Shown: positions 28,486 to 43,662 of the stretch, one piece after another | Layout of the letters: each line of letters starts with the position of its first letter | How positions within the stretch are numbered: position 1 is the first letter of the stretch | Assembly (NCBI GenBank): GCA_902634775.1 | Contig: CACPLG010000006.1 | Location: forward strand, 6 to 64,005 | Reading direction: 5' to 3' | Origin: an uncultured Pelagibacteraceae bacterium | Lineage (GTDB): Bacteria; Pseudomonadota; Alphaproteobacteria; Pelagibacterales; Pelagibacteraceae | DNA: 64,000 nt | Program-made: the position numbers and the translations under genes | Notes under the pieces: model-generated | Told to the model about the DNA's origin: nothing | What the model saw: only the letters and a program-made list of their open reading frames with translations | Database searches by the model: none

Positions 28486-29889
28486 ATGCCAAAGACTTTA
28501 TACGATAAAATCTGGAGTGATCACTTAGTCCACCAACAGGATGATGGAACATCTTTGCTATTTGTGGACAGACATTTGATACATGAAGTGACTAGCCCAC
28601 AAGCTTTTGAAGGACTAAGAAATAGCAAAAGGAATGTAAGGCATCCAAACTTAACTCTTGCTGTTGTTGATCACAACATACCTACAACTGACAGATCTAA
28701 AGGAATTGATGACAACGATTCTAGAATTCAGGTAGAAACACTTGAAAAAAATTGCAAAGACTTTGATATCAAACTTTTTGGAATGAATGATAAAAGACAA
28801 GGAATAGTTCATATAGTAGGACCCGAGCAAGGCTTTACTCAACCAGGTACAGTTATCGTTTGCGGAGACAGTCACACAGCAACTCATGGCGCTTTCGGGG
28901 CTTTAGCGTTTGGAATAGGAACCTCAGAAGTTGAACACGTTTTAGCAACACAAACTCTTGTTCAGAAAAAAGCAAAGAATTTTAGAATTAATGTTAATGG
29001 AAAACTTCCTTTAGGAGTAACTTCAAAAGATGTAATTCTTCAAATTATTGGCAAAATAGGAACTGCTGGAGGAACTGGCTGTGTATTAGAGTATGCCGGC
29101 TCAGTTATATCAAATCTTTCTGTCGAACAGAGAATGACTATTTGTAATATGTCTATAGAAGGTGGCGCTAGAGCAGGATTAATCCAACCTGATGAAAAGA
29201 TTTTTAAATATTTAAAAGATAGACCAATGTCTCCAAAAAAAGAAAATTGGGAAAAAGCTCTTGATTATTGGAGTAAATTAAAAAGTGATAGTGATGCAAA
29301 ATTTGATAAAGAAATTAATTTAAAAGGTGATGAAATAGCGCCCATGGTTACATGGGGAACTTCACCTGAGGACGTAGTTTCAATTAACGGAAAAATCCCT
29401 AATCCAGAAAATGAAAAAAATATCGATAAAAAAAATTCAATAAATAGATCTCTTAATTATATGGGGCTTAAACCTGATGTGAAGGTTCAAGACATTAAAA
29501 TTGACAAAGTTTTTATAGGAAGTTGTACAAATGGAAGAATTGAAGATTTGAGAGAGGCTGCAGAAATATTAAAGAATAAGAAAAAAGCTTCTCATGTACA
29601 TGGAATGGTAGTTCCTGGTTCTGGCTTAGTTAAACAACAAGCTGAGCAAGAAGGTCTAGATAAAATATTCATAGAGTCTGGTTTTGAATGGAGAGAGCCA
29701 GGATGTTCAATGTGCTTAGCAATGAATGCTGATAAACTAAAACCCCAAGAAAGATGTGCGTCCACTTCGAATAGAAACTTCGAAGGAAGACAAGGAAGAG
29801 GGGGAAGAACCCACTTAGTAAGCCCAGGTATGGCAGCTGCTGCAGCTATTGCTGGAAATCTAGATGATGTTCGAAAATATCAAAACTAA
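28486..29889 (+). CDS. leuC: 3-isopropylmalate dehydratase large subunit
   Basis: [46 protein letters not shown]. Confidence 0.98.
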   Translation: MPKTLYDKIWSDHLVHQQDDGTSLLFVDRHLIHEVTSPQAFEGLRNSKRNVRHPNLTLAVVDHNIPTTDRSKGIDDNDSRIQVETLEKNCKDFDIKLFGMNDKRQGIVHIVGPEQGFTQPGTVIVCGDSHTATHGAFGALAFGIGTSEVEHVLATQTLVQKKAKNFRINVNGKLPLGVTSKDVILQIIGKIGTAGGTGCVLEYAGSVISNLSVEQRMTICNMSIEGGARAGLIQPDEKIFKYLKDRPMSPKKENWEKALDYWSKLKSDSDAKFDKEINLKGDEIAPMVTWGTSPEDVVSINGKIPNPENEKNIDKKNSINRSLNYMGLKPDVKVQDIKIDKVFIGSCTNGRIEDLREAAEILKNKKKASHVHGMVVPGSGLVKQQAEQEGLDKIFIESGFEWREPGCSMCLAMNADKLKPQERCASTSNRNFEGRQGRGGRTHLVSPGMAAAAAIAGNLDDVRKYQN

Positions 29890-30494
29890 TGAAAAAATTT
29901 ACTTCACTTAAAAGCATTCCAGCCTATTTACCGATCGTAAATATAGATACGGATATGATTATTCCTAAACAGTTTTTAAAAACAATTAAACGTACAGGAT
30001 TAGGAAAAAACTTATTTCACGAAATGAGATACGACGATGATGGAAAAAATATCGATAATTTTATTCTTAATAAATCTCCATACAGCAATTCAAAAATTTT
30101 AATAGCTGGAAATAATTTTGGCTGCGGATCATCAAGAGAACATGCTCCGTGGGCACTTTTAGACTTTGGAATAACATGTGTAATAAGCTCAAGCTATGCA
30201 GACATTTTTTATAATAATTGTTTTAAAAATGGTATTTTGCCAATAATTCTCGATGAGGAAAAAATAAAAGAGTTAGCTGAATATTCAAAGAGAAAAGAAG
30301 AAATTGAAATTGATTTAAAAGAAGAAAAAATTATTTTTGGAAATAATGAATTAAAATTCAAAATAGATCCTTTTAAAAAGAAATGTTTGATTGAAGGTCT
30401 AGATGATATCGCTTTATCGTTAGAAAAATCATCACATATTAACGAATTTGAAAAAAAGGTTAAGTCAGCAAGGCCCTGGATTTTTAATGATTAA
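29889..30494 (+). CDS. leuD: 3-isopropylmalate dehydratase small subunit
   Basis: [28 protein letters not shown]. Confidence 0.98.
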   Translation: MKKFTSLKSIPAYLPIVNIDTDMIIPKQFLKTIKRTGLGKNLFHEMRYDDDGKNIDNFILNKSPYSNSKILIAGNNFGCGSSREHAPWALLDFGITCVISSSYADIFYNNCFKNGILPIILDEEKIKELAEYSKRKEEIEIDLKEEKIIFGNNELKFKIDPFKKKCLIEGLDDIALSLEKSSHINEFEKKVKSARPWIFND

Positions 30495-31596
30495 AGTTAA
30501 AAAAAGAAAAATTCTTCTTTTACCAGGAGATGGAATAGGTCCAGAGGTTATTGCGGAAGTTAAAAAGATTATTCAGTGGTTTAACAAAAATAAATCCCTA
30601 GATTTTGAAATTGATGAAGATCTTGTTGGTGGAGCAGCATATGATAAATACAAGACACCCATAACAGATGAAGTATTTTATAAAGCCTTAGAGAGTGAGG
30701 CAGTAATACTCGGTGCTGTAGGAGGACCTAAATGGGATAAGCTAGAATTCTCAAAAAAACCTGAAAGAGCACTTCTTAAACTTAGAAAAGAATTAAAACT
30801 TTTTGCTAATTTAAGACCTGCCATTTGCTTTAAACAATTAGTGGACGCTTCCAGTTTAAAACCAGAAATTGTTTCAGGTTTAGATATAATGATAGTAAGA
30901 GAATTGACGGGTGGAATATATTTCGGGGAGCCAAGAGGGATCAAACCAATAGATAATGGCGAACGAAAAGGAATTAATACCCATACTTATACTACAAAAG
31001 AAATTGAAAGAGTTGCGCGCGTTGCTTTTGATCTAGCTAAAAAAAGGGACAATAAAGTTACATCATGTGAAAAATCCAATGTGATGGAAGCAGGTCAGCT
31101 TTGGAAAGAAGAAGTTCAAATTTTACATGACAAAGAATATAAAGATGTAGAGCTAACACATATGTTAGCAGATAATTGTGCAATGCAATTATTGAGAAAT
31201 CCAAAACAGTTTGATGTAATTGTTACTGATAATTTATTCGGTGATATTTTATCAGACGAAGCCGCTATGTTAACAGGTTCTCTAGGTTTATTACCATCTG
31301 CATCTCTAGGAGCCAAAGATAAAGATGGAAATATGAGATCGATGTACGAACCAGTACATGGTTCAGCTCCTGATATAACTGGTAAAGGAATCGCAAATCC
31401 TATTGCAACTATATTAAGTTTTTCAATGGCATTAAAATATTCATTAAATCTAGATAAAGAATCTAAAGCCTTAGATAGCGCTGTTCAAAAGGTATTAGAT
31501 GATGGATTAAGGACAAAAGATATTATTTCTAAGGGAAAAAAAGAAGTTTCTACTTCAGAGATGGGAGATGCGATTATTGCGTGTTTGCAAAAATAA
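30487..31596 (+). CDS. leuB: 3-isopropylmalate dehydrogenase
   Basis: [39 protein letters not shown]; ATG at 30487. Confidence 0.97.
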   Translation: MIKVKKRKILLLPGDGIGPEVIAEVKKIIQWFNKNKSLDFEIDEDLVGGAAYDKYKTPITDEVFYKALESEAVILGAVGGPKWDKLEFSKKPERALLKLRKELKLFANLRPAICFKQLVDASSLKPEIVSGLDIMIVRELTGGIYFGEPRGIKPIDNGERKGINTHTYTTKEIERVARVAFDLAKKRDNKVTSCEKSNVMEAGQLWKEEVQILHDKEYKDVELTHMLADNCAMQLLRNPKQFDVIVTDNLFGDILSDEAAMLTGSLGLLPSASLGAKDKDGNMRSMYEPVHGSAPDITGKGIANPIATILSFSMALKYSLNLDKESKALDSAVQKVLDDGLRTKDIISKGKKEVSTSEMGDAIIACLQK

Positions 31597-31629
31597 ATAA
31601 ATTAACTTACCCTAGATAATTAAAAAAAT

Positions 31630-33390
31630 ATGACTATTTATACTGCACCAGTCGAAGAAATGATGTTCCTTTTTGATAATCTTAAAGATAATCAAAGATA
31701 TAAAGAAATTGAAAAATACAAAGAAATAAATTCGGAACTTGTTAAAGGGATTTTAGAAGAAGCAGCAAAAATAAACCAAGAGCTGATTTTACCATTGGCT
31801 AAAGCAGGGGATGAAAATCCTTGCGTGTATGAAAATGGTGTTGTCAGAACACCTCCGGGCTATAAAGAAGTTTATAAAAAATTTATAGAAGATGGCTGGA
31901 CTTCCCTTTCTTGCGACCCAAAATATGGTGGTCAGGGTATACCAAAAACTGTAAGTACTTTTTTTGAGGAAATGCTGTCATCGTCAAGTTTAGCATTTAA
32001 ATTATATAGCGAACTTAGTATTGGGGCTTATAATTGTATACTTACTCATGCTGAGCAAAGTATAAAAGATAAATTCCTTCCAAAAATCGTAGAGGGGAAA
32101 TGGAGTGGTACAATGTGCTTAACAGAACCACAGTGTGGAACCGATTTAGGTTTATTAAAAACTAGAGCAGTCCCAAAAGGTGATGGAATCTATGAAATAA
32201 CTGGACAAAAAATTTTCATTACTTCTGGAGACCATGATTTAACGGAAAATATAATTCATTTAGTTTTAGCAAGAACAACGGATGCACCAAAAGGAACAAA
32301 GGGAATAAGTTTATTTCTTGTACCAAAATTTGAAGTCAGCGAAGATGGAGTTGTAGGTTCTAGAAATGGTGTCAGTACAAATTCAATTGAGAGCAAGATG
32401 GGAATTAAAGGTTCTCCAACTTGCGTTCTAAATTTTGAAAATTCAAAAGGTATTATGATTGGACCTGAAAACAAAGGTTTGAACTCCATGTTCACAATGA
32501 TGAATTTAGAAAGAATTGTAGTCGGTGTTCAAGGTTTAGGAATTGCCGAAACCGCGTATCAAAATTCTGTTGCATATTCTAAAGAAAGAAAACAAGGAAA
32601 AGCAAACAATAGCAAGAATGGCGAAACAGATTTAATAATAAAACATGCAGATATCAGGAGAAGCTTAATGAACATGAAATCAATTATCGAGGGTCAAAGA
32701 TCCTTTGCTTTTTGGTTGTCTCAACAAATTGACGTAAGTTTATCTCATGATGATAAAGATGTAAGAAATGATGCCTCAAATATGGTCGCTCTACTTACAC
32801 CTGTTATAAAATCATTTTTCACAGACAATGGTGTAGAAATTACTAATGATGCAATTCAGGTATTTGGTGGATACGGCTATACAAAAGATCAAGGGATAGA
32901 ACAATTATTTAGAGATAATAGGATAACACCAATTTATGAAGGTACAAACTCTGTACAAGCAATTGATCTTGTTTACCGAAAAATTTCTTCAGAGGGCATA
33001 TTTGAAAACTTTATAAAATCAATGGATAATGAAATCAAAAATTATAAAAATGAAAAAAACCTAGTGAGTTTTTTAAATATCTTTGAAAAATACAAAGAAA
33101 TCTTAGTATCTTTTACAAAGTGGACGAGAGAAAAAATCAATTCAAACAAGGATGATGCAAGTGCAGCATGTAATGATTATTTAAAAGTATTAGGTTACAC
33201 AGCATTAGCTTTTGCCTGGATTAAAACTTTAAAAGTAAGTTTTGAAAAACAAAATACAAATAAAGATTTTTACGAGGATAAAATAAATACTGGAAAGTAT
33301 TATTTCGAAAAAATTTTACCAAGAGCACAGTCACATTACGTAGTTGGAACAAGTGGTAGCCATACAACTATGAATGCCAAATTTAATTAA
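31630..33390 (+). CDS. dmdC: Acyl-CoA dehydrogenase, probable 3-methylmercaptopropionyl-CoA dehydrogenase
   Basis: GTMCLTEPQCGTDLG, KIFITSG, IYEGTN; long 586-aa type, clustered with dmdB and dmdA. Confidence 0.8.
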   Translation: MTIYTAPVEEMMFLFDNLKDNQRYKEIEKYKEINSELVKGILEEAAKINQELILPLAKAGDENPCVYENGVVRTPPGYKEVYKKFIEDGWTSLSCDPKYGGQGIPKTVSTFFEEMLSSSSLAFKLYSELSIGAYNCILTHAEQSIKDKFLPKIVEGKWSGTMCLTEPQCGTDLGLLKTRAVPKGDGIYEITGQKIFITSGDHDLTENIIHLVLARTTDAPKGTKGISLFLVPKFEVSEDGVVGSRNGVSTNSIESKMGIKGSPTCVLNFENSKGIMIGPENKGLNSMFTMMNLERIVVGVQGLGIAETAYQNSVAYSKERKQGKANNSKNGETDLIIKHADIRRSLMNMKSIIEGQRSFAFWLSQQIDVSLSHDDKDVRNDASNMVALLTPVIKSFFTDNGVEITNDAIQVFGGYGYTKDQGIEQLFRDNRITPIYEGTNSVQAIDLVYRKISSEGIFENFIKSMDNEIKNYKNEKNLVSFLNIFEKYKEILVSFTKWTREKINSNKDDASAACNDYLKVLGYTALAFAWIKTLKVSFEKQNTNKDFYEDKINTGKYYFEKILPRAQSHYVVGTSGSHTTMNAKFN

Positions 33391-35018
33391 TGAACAAATA
33401 CAATCAAAATTTAGATAAAAATAATGCTAATTTTGTACCACTAACACCTTTAAGTTTTCTAGAAAGGGCAAAAGATATATTTCCAAATTATGAGGCACTG
33501 GTATACGAAAATCGTTCTTATACGTGGTTACAAATCTACAATCGCTGCATTAAGTTTGCTAGTGCACTTGAGAAGATTGGAATTAAAGAAGGAGACACTG
33601 TTTCGGTAATGGCATTTAATACTCCAGAAATATTTGAAGCTCACTATTCTGTACCAATGACAGGAGCAGTTCTTAACACTATCAATACAAGATTAGATGC
33701 AAAAACAGTTTCCTATATATTAGACCACGCAGAGGCAAAAGTTCTTGTAGTCGATAGACAACTTCACTCAGTAATAAACAAAGCATTAGAAACTGTAAAA
33801 TCTAAGCCTATAATAATTGATATCCAAGACGATAAAGCAGATCAATCTTTGCTTAAAAAAATTGGTGATAAAGAATATGAAGATTTTTTAAATACAGGAG
33901 ATGAAAATTATATCTGGAAAAAACCAAAAGACGAATGGCAAGCAATTTCATTAAGTTATACTTCGGGCACAACAGGTAATCCAAAAGGTGTAGTTTATCA
34001 TCATCGTGGTTCTTATCTAATGTCAACTGGGAGTGCAGTTGCTTGGAATATGCCTAATAGATTAAATTTTTTAACAGTCGTTCCAATGTTTCATTGTAAT
34101 GGATGGGGATATCCTTGGACAATTCCAATGTTGAATGGAAAAACTATATGTTTAAGAGCTATAGATATTAAAAAAATTTTTGAATTAATTGAAAAACATG
34201 ACATCAGTCACTTCGGGGGTGCACCAATAGTTCTTAATATGATCACTGGTGCTTCAGAATCCGAGAGGAAAAAGTTGAAGAAAAAAGTTTTTGTTTTAAC
34301 TGCTGGTGCCCCACCCCCAAGTATTATTTTTAAGAAAATGGAAAATTTGGGTTTTGAAGTAATGCACGTATACGGATTAACCGAAACGTATGGCCATATT
34401 TTACAATGCGCATGGAATGACGATTGGAATTCTTATGATGAAGATAAAAAAAATGAAATTAAAGCCAGACAAGGTGTAAGATATCCAAATACAGAGGACA
34501 CAAAAGTAATTGATCCAGAAACTATGAGTCCTGTGCCCAAAGATGGCAAAACGATTGGTGAAATCATGATTAAAGGAAACATAGTTATGAAAGGTTATTT
34601 TAAAGATAAAGAAGCAACTGACAAGGCTATGGCTCACGGTTGGTTTCACTCTGGAGATTTAGCTGTAGTGCATCCGGATGGCTACATAAAGATCAAGGAT
34701 AGATCAAAAGATATAATTATTTCAGGTGGTGAGAACATATCTTCTATTGAAATAGAGAATACTTTGGCCAAACATCCTAGTGTTTCAATAGCAGCAGTAG
34801 TGGCCAAACCAGATGAAAAATGGGGCGAGGTTCCTTGTGCATTTATAGAAAAAGTAAAAGATAAAAAAACAAGCGAGAAAGAACTTATAGATTTTTGCAG
34901 AGAAACATTAGCTGGCTTTAAAATTCCAAAAAAAATCGCTTTTTGTGAATTGCCAAAAACTTCAACAGGAAAAATTCAGAAATTTGAGTTAAGGAAAAAG
35001 GCCAAGGAATTAACTTGA
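33390..35018 (+). CDS. dmdB: Acyl-CoA ligase, probable 3-methylmercaptopropionyl-CoA ligase
   Basis: YTSGTTGNPKG, PMFHCNGW, YGLTE, DRSKDIIISGGEN, PKTSTGKIQK; dmd cluster context. Confidence 0.82.
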   Translation: MNKYNQNLDKNNANFVPLTPLSFLERAKDIFPNYEALVYENRSYTWLQIYNRCIKFASALEKIGIKEGDTVSVMAFNTPEIFEAHYSVPMTGAVLNTINTRLDAKTVSYILDHAEAKVLVVDRQLHSVINKALETVKSKPIIIDIQDDKADQSLLKKIGDKEYEDFLNTGDENYIWKKPKDEWQAISLSYTSGTTGNPKGVVYHHRGSYLMSTGSAVAWNMPNRLNFLTVVPMFHCNGWGYPWTIPMLNGKTICLRAIDIKKIFELIEKHDISHFGGAPIVLNMITGASESERKKLKKKVFVLTAGAPPPSIIFKKMENLGFEVMHVYGLTETYGHILQCAWNDDWNSYDEDKKNEIKARQGVRYPNTEDTKVIDPETMSPVPKDGKTIGEIMIKGNIVMKGYFKDKEATDKAMAHGWFHSGDLAVVHPDGYIKIKDRSKDIIISGGENISSIEIENTLAKHPSVSIAAVVAKPDEKWGEVPCAFIEKVKDKKTSEKELIDFCRETLAGFKIPKKIAFCELPKTSTGKIQKFELRKKAKELT

Positions 35019-35791
35019 ATCTTGAAATAGATAAGAAGCAGGTATTTGCATCTACAGCAGGTAAAGATTTTGATCCGGCAAAACAAACAGTTTTTCTTTT
35101 GCATGGAAGCGGACTCTCACATATTGTGTGGTCCCTTACAGAACAATTTTTATCTAATAAAGGTCTAAACATTTTATCTCTAGACTTACCTGGTCATGGA
35201 AATTCAGAAGGTCCTTGCATTGATTCAATTGAAAAAATTGCAGATTGGATTGAAAGTGTAAGACTTTTTTTAAAAATTGAAAAAGTTTCAATAGTAGGAC
35301 ATTCTCAAGGGTGTTTAGAGGCTTTAGAGTATGGTTCTCGTTATAAAAAAAGTATTTTTAAATTAGTTTTTCTAGCGGGCTCCTACAAAATGCCTGTTAA
35401 TCAAGATTTAATAGATCTAGCAGATTCTGGGGACAAAAAGGCAGTTCATTTAATGATGAAATGGGGTTACGAAGGTTCAAGAAAATTTATAGGAGGTAAT
35501 CCTGTTGAAAAAATTATTAATTCTTCTAGAGAGGTAAAGGAAATATTGGCCACTGATTTAAAAGCCTGTAATAATTACAAAAATGGAAAAGAGGCATCTG
35601 CCGCCATAGAATGCCCTACTTTATTAATTTTTGGGGCTTTAGACAAAATGGTACCGTCTGAAAATGGAAAAAAATTCGCGAATTTAATTAAAAATTCAGA
35701 GACACAAATAATAAATGAGTGTGGACATATGATTATGTTTGAAAAAGCTTTTGAAATGAGAGAAAAGGTAGCAGAATTTTTAAAAAAATGA
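35015..35791 (+). CDS. Alpha/beta fold hydrolase inside the dmd cluster
   Basis: LLHGSG, DLPGHG, GHSQG nucleophile elbow, Asp (LDKM) and His (GHM). Confidence 0.88.
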   Translation: MNLEIDKKQVFASTAGKDFDPAKQTVFLLHGSGLSHIVWSLTEQFLSNKGLNILSLDLPGHGNSEGPCIDSIEKIADWIESVRLFLKIEKVSIVGHSQGCLEALEYGSRYKKSIFKLVFLAGSYKMPVNQDLIDLADSGDKKAVHLMMKWGYEGSRKFIGGNPVEKIINSSREVKEILATDLKACNNYKNGKEASAAIECPTLLIFGALDKMVPSENGKKFANLIKNSETQIINECGHMIMFEKAFEMREKVAEFLKK

Positions 35792-36897
35792 AAAATTTTT
35801 CTATTATAAAATCTAGAAGGTTAAGAAGCACTCCTTATACTGATAGGATCGAGGCCCACGGAGTAAGCGGATATACAGTATACAACCACATGTTATTACC
35901 AGTCACTTTTAAATCTGTAGAGGCAGATTACGAGCATTTAAAAAAGTTTGTTCAAATTTGGGATGTTTCTGCAGAAAGACAAGTTGAAATTTCGGGTAAA
36001 GACTCTGCAAAACTTGTTCAATTAATGACATGTAGAGATTTATCAAAATCAAAAGTTGGAAGATGCTATTATGCACCTCTGATTGACGACGGCGGCTGTC
36101 TAGTCAATGACCCGATAATAAATAAATTAGCTGATGATAAATGGTGGCTTTCAATAGCAGATGCTGATGTAATATTTTTTGCAAAGGGTTTAGCTGCAGG
36201 GCATAAGTTCGATGTAAAGATTCACGAACCTAACGTAAATATACTTGCTATCCAAGGTCCCCTTTCAGATGATTTAATGGCCAAGTTATTTGGCGAGGAA
36301 ATTAGAAATCTTAAATTTTTTAATTTTAAATACTTTAATTTTAAAGGAAATAATTATTTTATAGCAAGATCGGGATGGTCAAAGCAAGGAGGCTTCGAAG
36401 TTTATGTTGAAGACAATAAAGCTGGTCAAGATTTATATGATTACTTGTTTGAATATGGTAAAGAATTTAATGTAAGAGCTGGTTGCCCTAATTTAATTGA
36501 GAGAATTGAGTCAGCTTTATTGTCTTACGGTAGTGATTTTGACAATAGAGATAATCCATTTGAAGCAAACTTTGACAAATTCATTAATTTAGACTCTGAT
36601 GTAAATTTTTTAGGCAAAGAAAAATTAAAAAAAATTCAAAAAGAAGGGGTGTCTAGAAAATTGATGGGTGTAAAAATCGATCATAATAAAATTGATATGT
36701 ATTGCGAGAAAACATTATTAGATGATAATAATAACATTGTTGGATATGTTAGATCAGCTGCATATTCACCAACTTTTAAAAAGATTATTGGCATTGCAAT
36801 GATTAACAAACCTTATTGGGATAGCAAACATCAATTTAAGATAGATATTAATGATAAAATATTTTTAGGAACAGTTTGCGATTTACCCTTCATTTAG
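35788..36897 (+). CDS. dmdA: Dimethylsulfoniopropionate demethylase
   Basis: [44 protein letters not shown]; recognisably the Pelagibacter DmdA sequence type (GcvT fold). Confidence 0.93.
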   Translation: MKNFSIIKSRRLRSTPYTDRIEAHGVSGYTVYNHMLLPVTFKSVEADYEHLKKFVQIWDVSAERQVEISGKDSAKLVQLMTCRDLSKSKVGRCYYAPLIDDGGCLVNDPIINKLADDKWWLSIADADVIFFAKGLAAGHKFDVKIHEPNVNILAIQGPLSDDLMAKLFGEEIRNLKFFNFKYFNFKGNNYFIARSGWSKQGGFEVYVEDNKAGQDLYDYLFEYGKEFNVRAGCPNLIERIESALLSYGSDFDNRDNPFEANFDKFINLDSDVNFLGKEKLKKIQKEGVSRKLMGVKIDHNKIDMYCEKTLLDDNNNIVGYVRSAAYSPTFKKIIGIAMINKPYWDSKHQFKIDINDKIFLGTVCDLPFI

Positions 36898-36912
36898 TAT
36901 AAGTTAATCATC

Positions 36913-37905
36913 ATGAATATTGCAATCGTAGGTGCCACAGGAAATGTCGGTAGAAAAATAATTGAAGTTATACATAAAAAGGAAATTTCAATAGATAGTC
37001 TATACTTTGTTGCATCATCCAAAAGCGCTGGATCAGTTTTAGAATTTGGTGATAAAGAAATTAAAATTGAAAATTTAGAAAATTTTGACTTTTCTAAAGT
37101 AGATCTCTCTTTTTTTTGTGCTGGAAAAACAATCTCTGAAAAATATGTGCCTTTAGCAGCTAAACATTCAGTTGTTATTGATAACTCAAGTTTTTTTAGA
37201 ATGGACCCTGATGTACCTTTGATAGTTCCCCAAGTAAATAAAGATCATTTAAAAGATATTAAAAAAAATATAATTGCAAATCCTAACTGCTCTACTGCAC
37301 AACTGGTTATTGTTTTAAAATCGCTTAATGACTCTTTTAAAATTAAAAGAGTAGTTATTTCCACTTATCAGTCTACCTCAGGAGCTGGAAAAAAACCTAT
37401 GGATGAACTAATTGATCAAACAAAGTCTATATTGAATAATAAAAATTTTGAGTCTAAAAACTTCACAAAGCAAATTGCGTTTAATGCAATACCTCATATA
37501 GATAGTTTTTCTGATGATGGTTATACTAAAGAAGAGTTAAAAATGATTCATGAAACCAACAAAATACTTGGCACTAAAATTGACATTACTGCAACATGTG
37601 TCAGAATTCCAGTTCTTGTTTCCCATGCAGAGTCAGTAAATATTGAATTTGAAAATGATTTTACTATTAAAAAAGTAAAAGAATTATTAAGTGCCGCTGA
37701 GGGCTGTAAGGTGGTTGATGAGAATTCTGATGGTGGTTACATAACACCAGTTGAAGCAGAAGGTAAAGATGAGACTTTTATTTCAAGAATTAGAAAAGAT
37801 AATAGTAAAAAGAATGCTTTAAATATGTGGATTGTTTCTGACAATCTATTAAGGGGGGCAGCTTTAAACGCTGTTGAAATTGCGGAGGCTTATATTAAAA
37901 GATAA
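36913..37905 (+). CDS. asd: Aspartate-semialdehyde dehydrogenase
   Basis: VGATGNVG, IANPNCST, TCVRIPV, DNLLRGAALN. Confidence 0.97.
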   Translation: MNIAIVGATGNVGRKIIEVIHKKEISIDSLYFVASSKSAGSVLEFGDKEIKIENLENFDFSKVDLSFFCAGKTISEKYVPLAAKHSVVIDNSSFFRMDPDVPLIVPQVNKDHLKDIKKNIIANPNCSTAQLVIVLKSLNDSFKIKRVVISTYQSTSGAGKKPMDELIDQTKSILNNKNFESKNFTKQIAFNAIPHIDSFSDDGYTKEELKMIHETNKILGTKIDITATCVRIPVLVSHAESVNIEFENDFTIKKVKELLSAAEGCKVVDENSDGGYITPVEAEGKDETFISRIRKDNSKKNALNMWIVSDNLLRGAALNAVEIAEAYIKR

Positions 37906-37912
37906 TATAATT

Positions 37913-38299
37913 ATGAAAGAAAATAATCCATTATCTCCTCACATTCAGATATATAACTGGCATGTGTCATCCCTTGTTTCTATTTCACATAGAATAACGG
38001 GCATTGTAAATTATTTTCTGTTAATTTTTATTTGCATTTGGGCAAGTAGTTTATTTTTTGGTGAAGGTGTCTATGAGATTTTTAAATTGTTTTTAAACTC
38101 AAAAATTGGGAAATTTTTTATAATCAGCTTTATATGGTCTTACACTTTTCAAATTTTAAGCGAAGTAAGACATTGGTTTTGGGATATTGGATTAGGTTTT
38201 GAATTAAAAACAACAAAAATAACTGGGCTTCTGGTTATCTTTGGTTCTTTCCTATTAACAATTTTAATCTATTCTTCTAGAGGTTTTTTACAAATATGA
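37913..38299 (+). CDS. sdhC: Succinate dehydrogenase cytochrome b556 subunit
   Basis: PLSPHIQIY, SISHRITG, RHWFWD; ATG at 37913. Confidence 0.92.
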   Translation: MKENNPLSPHIQIYNWHVSSLVSISHRITGIVNYFLLIFICIWASSLFFGEGVYEIFKLFLNSKIGKFFIISFIWSYTFQILSEVRHWFWDIGLGFELKTTKITGLLVIFGSFLLTILIYSSRGFLQI

Positions 38300-38619
38300 T
38301 CAAAGCAACAAAGAAATGGCTTTTTTTAAAAATATCCTCTTTAGTAATGGTTCCACTAATGTTGTGGTTTTTATTCAATTTCGTTTCACTTTATGATTCT
38401 AATTATGGTGAAGTCTTAGCGTTTTTGTCTTCTCAACCTTCAAAATTATTTTTTTCTTTATTTCTTGTTTCAATGTTTTTTTATTCCGCTTTAAGTATCA
38501 GTGAAGTTTTTGAAGACTATATTCACGCAGAGAGCACCAAAAAGCTCCTAAATATTGGTGTTTTTTTGTCATCTTTGATTATTCCATTATTTACAATAAT
38601 ACTTATATCTAATTTATAA
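38296..38619 (+). CDS. sdhD: Succinate dehydrogenase hydrophobic anchor
   Basis: Three TM segments, EVFEDYIH, position in the operon. Confidence 0.88.
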   Translation: MIKATKKWLFLKISSLVMVPLMLWFLFNFVSLYDSNYGEVLAFLSSQPSKLFFSLFLVSMFFYSALSISEVFEDYIHAESTKKLLNIGVFLSSLIIPLFTIILISNL

Positions 38620-38622
38620 ATT

Positions 38623-40398
38623 ATGAAATCTTACAAAATTATTGACCATGAATATGACGTAGTTGTCCTTGGTGCAGGCGGCTCAGGTTTGAGAGCTGCT
38701 GTAGGTTTAAGTGAAGCAGGATTAAAAACTGCGTGTGTGTCAAAAGTTTTTCCAACTAGAAGTCATACTTCTGCTGCTCAAGGTGGGATCTCTGCAGCCT
38801 TAGGTAACATGGGTGAAGATGATTGGAGATGGCATATGTACGATACAGTTAAAGGTGCTGATTGGTTAGGTGATCAAGATTGTATAGAATATTTGTGCAA
38901 AGAAGCTCCTAGAGCAGTTTTAGAATTAGAAAAATACGGTGTACCCTTCAGCAGAACTGAAGATGGAAAAATATATCAGCGTCCATTTGGAGGAATGACA
39001 AAAAATTATGGTAATGAACCTGTTCAAAGAACATGTGCAGCAGCAGATAGAACTGGACATGCAATACTGCACACTTTATATGGCCAGGCCTTAAAACATA
39101 AAACAGAATTTTTTATCGAGTATTTTGCTTTGGATCTTTTAATGAAAGATGGTCAGTGCAAAGGACTAATTGCGTGGAATTTAAATGATGGGACTATACA
39201 CAGATTTAGATCACACATCACAATAATTGCAACAGGTGGTTATGGAAAAGTTTATTACTCTGCAACTTCAGCACATACTTGTACAGGAGACGGAAATGCA
39301 ATGGTGCTTAGAGCTGGTTTACCTTTGCAGGATATGGAGTTCGTACAATTTCATCCAACAGGAATTTATGGTCACGGGACTTTAATTTCAGAAGGTGTAA
39401 GGGGTGAAGGTGGTTACTTAGTAAATTCCAAAGGAGAGAGATTTATGGAAAGATATGCCCCAAAAGCTAAAGATCTTGCCTCAAGAGATGTTGTAAGTAG
39501 ATCAATTGCGGTTGAAATTAATGAAGGAAGAGGGGTTGGAAATGAAAAAGATCACGTGCACTTACATTTAAACCATTTAGATCCAAAAGTTATAGAAGAA
39601 AGACTTCCAGGTATATCAGAGTCCTCAAGATTATTTGCGAATGTAGATGTAACAAAAGAACCTATTCCAGTAGTTCCAACTGTTCACTATAACATGGGAG
39701 GTATTCCTACAAATTATAAAGCTGAAGTTTTAACTTTAAATGGATCAGAAAAAACTGTTCCAGGATTAATGGCAATTGGTGAGGCAGCTTGTGTGTCTGT
39801 TCATGGAGCTAACAGGCTCGGATCAAACTCTTTAATTGATCTAGTTGTTTTTGGAAGAGCTGCCGCTAAGCGTGCAGCAGAGTTGGTAAAACCAGGTACA
39901 CCTCATGAAGAAATCCCACAGTCTGAGACTGATAAATGTTTAGAAAGATTTGATAGACTTAGAAATGCATCTGGCACAAATAATACTGCAGATTTAAGAC
40001 TGGCAATGCAAAAAACAATGCAATCTAAGTGCGCTGTTTTCAGAACTGAAAAGACTCTAAAAGAGGGTGTAAATGAAATTAGAAAACCTTTTGAGGGCAT
40101 GGATGACCTTTCGGTAAAAGATAAGTCTCTAATTTTTAATACTGATCTAGTAGAGACATTAGAATTTGATAATTTGATTAGACAAGCAATAACTACAATG
40201 GACTCCGCTTATCATAGAAAAGAAAGTAGAGGAGCTCACGCTAGAGAAGATTTTCCAAAGCGAAATGACGAAAAATTTATGCAGCATACATTATCGTGGT
40301 GTGATGGCAAAAAGACTAAAATCGACTATAGACCTGTTCACAGATCAACACTTTCAAATGACGTTCAATACTTTCCACCTCAAGAAAGAGTTTACTGA
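38623..40398 (+). CDS. sdhA: Succinate dehydrogenase flavoprotein
   Basis: [33 protein letters not shown]. Confidence 0.98.
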   Translation: MKSYKIIDHEYDVVVLGAGGSGLRAAVGLSEAGLKTACVSKVFPTRSHTSAAQGGISAALGNMGEDDWRWHMYDTVKGADWLGDQDCIEYLCKEAPRAVLELEKYGVPFSRTEDGKIYQRPFGGMTKNYGNEPVQRTCAAADRTGHAILHTLYGQALKHKTEFFIEYFALDLLMKDGQCKGLIAWNLNDGTIHRFRSHITIIATGGYGKVYYSATSAHTCTGDGNAMVLRAGLPLQDMEFVQFHPTGIYGHGTLISEGVRGEGGYLVNSKGERFMERYAPKAKDLASRDVVSRSIAVEINEGRGVGNEKDHVHLHLNHLDPKVIEERLPGISESSRLFANVDVTKEPIPVVPTVHYNMGGIPTNYKAEVLTLNGSEKTVPGLMAIGEAACVSVHGANRLGSNSLIDLVVFGRAAAKRAAELVKPGTPHEEIPQSETDKCLERFDRLRNASGTNNTADLRLAMQKTMQSKCAVFRTEKTLKEGVNEIRKPFEGMDDLSVKDKSLIFNTDLVETLEFDNLIRQAITTMDSAYHRKESRGAHAREDFPKRNDEKFMQHTLSWCDGKKTKIDYRPVHRSTLSNDVQYFPPQERVY

Positions 40399-41168
40399 TG
40401 GTTCAGATAAACTTACCACAAAATTCTAAAGTTGAAAAAGGTAAGTTTTTTAAAGACAAGACTGGCTCAAAAAATATACGCAAAGTAAATATTTATAGAT
40501 GGGATCCATCTACAGGAGAAAACCCAAGGATTGATACTTACGAAGTAGACATGGACAATTGTCCTTCGAAAGTTTTAGATCTATTAAATAAAATTAAAAA
40601 TGAGATAGATCCATCAATTGCTTACAGAAGATCTTGTGCACATGGAGTATGTGGATCCTGTGCTATGAATATGGATGGGAAAAATGGGTTAGCTTGTACG
40701 AAGCCGCACTCTGAAATTAAAGGAGATATTAATATTTATCCTCTACCACATCTGAAAGTTTTAAAAGACTTAATTGGTGATCTTAGTACTTTGTACAAAC
40801 AATATGAATCTGTTGAACCATGGTTAAAAACAACCTCAAAAACTGAAAAAGAGAATATTCAATCCAAGAAAGATAGAGCTAAATTAGATGGGCTTTATGA
40901 GTGTATAATGTGTGCATGCTGTTCAACTTCTTGTCCAAGTTATTGGTGGAATGGCGAAAAATATCTAGGACCTGCTGTGCTTTTACAGGCTTATAGATGG
41001 ATAATTGATTCAAGAGATGAAGATAGAAAAGAGCGATTAAAAAAAGTTGCAGATGAACTTAAGTTATATAGGTGTCATACTATTATGAATTGTACTAATG
41101 CTTGTCCCAAAGGTTTAAATCCAGCAAAAGCAATAGCTTCAATTAAGAAAATGCTTGCAACTAGCTAA
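40398..41168 (+). CDS. sdhB: Succinate dehydrogenase iron-sulfur subunit
   Basis: [34 protein letters not shown]. Confidence 0.98.
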   Translation: MVQINLPQNSKVEKGKFFKDKTGSKNIRKVNIYRWDPSTGENPRIDTYEVDMDNCPSKVLDLLNKIKNEIDPSIAYRRSCAHGVCGSCAMNMDGKNGLACTKPHSEIKGDINIYPLPHLKVLKDLIGDLSTLYKQYESVEPWLKTTSKTEKENIQSKKDRAKLDGLYECIMCACCSTSCPSYWWNGEKYLGPAVLLQAYRWIIDSRDEDRKERLKKVADELKLYRCHTIMNCTNACPKGLNPAKAIASIKKMLATS

Positions 41169-41192
41169 TTACTTAATTAAATAATTTCTCCG

Positions 41193-43661
<2,469 letters not shown>

Positions 43662-43662
<1 letters not shown>

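Noticed and set aside
35788-36897. Glycine cleavage T protein (gcvT)
   Set aside because: Sequence motifs and the dmdB/dmdC context match DmdA, and no gcvH or gcvP is adjacent.
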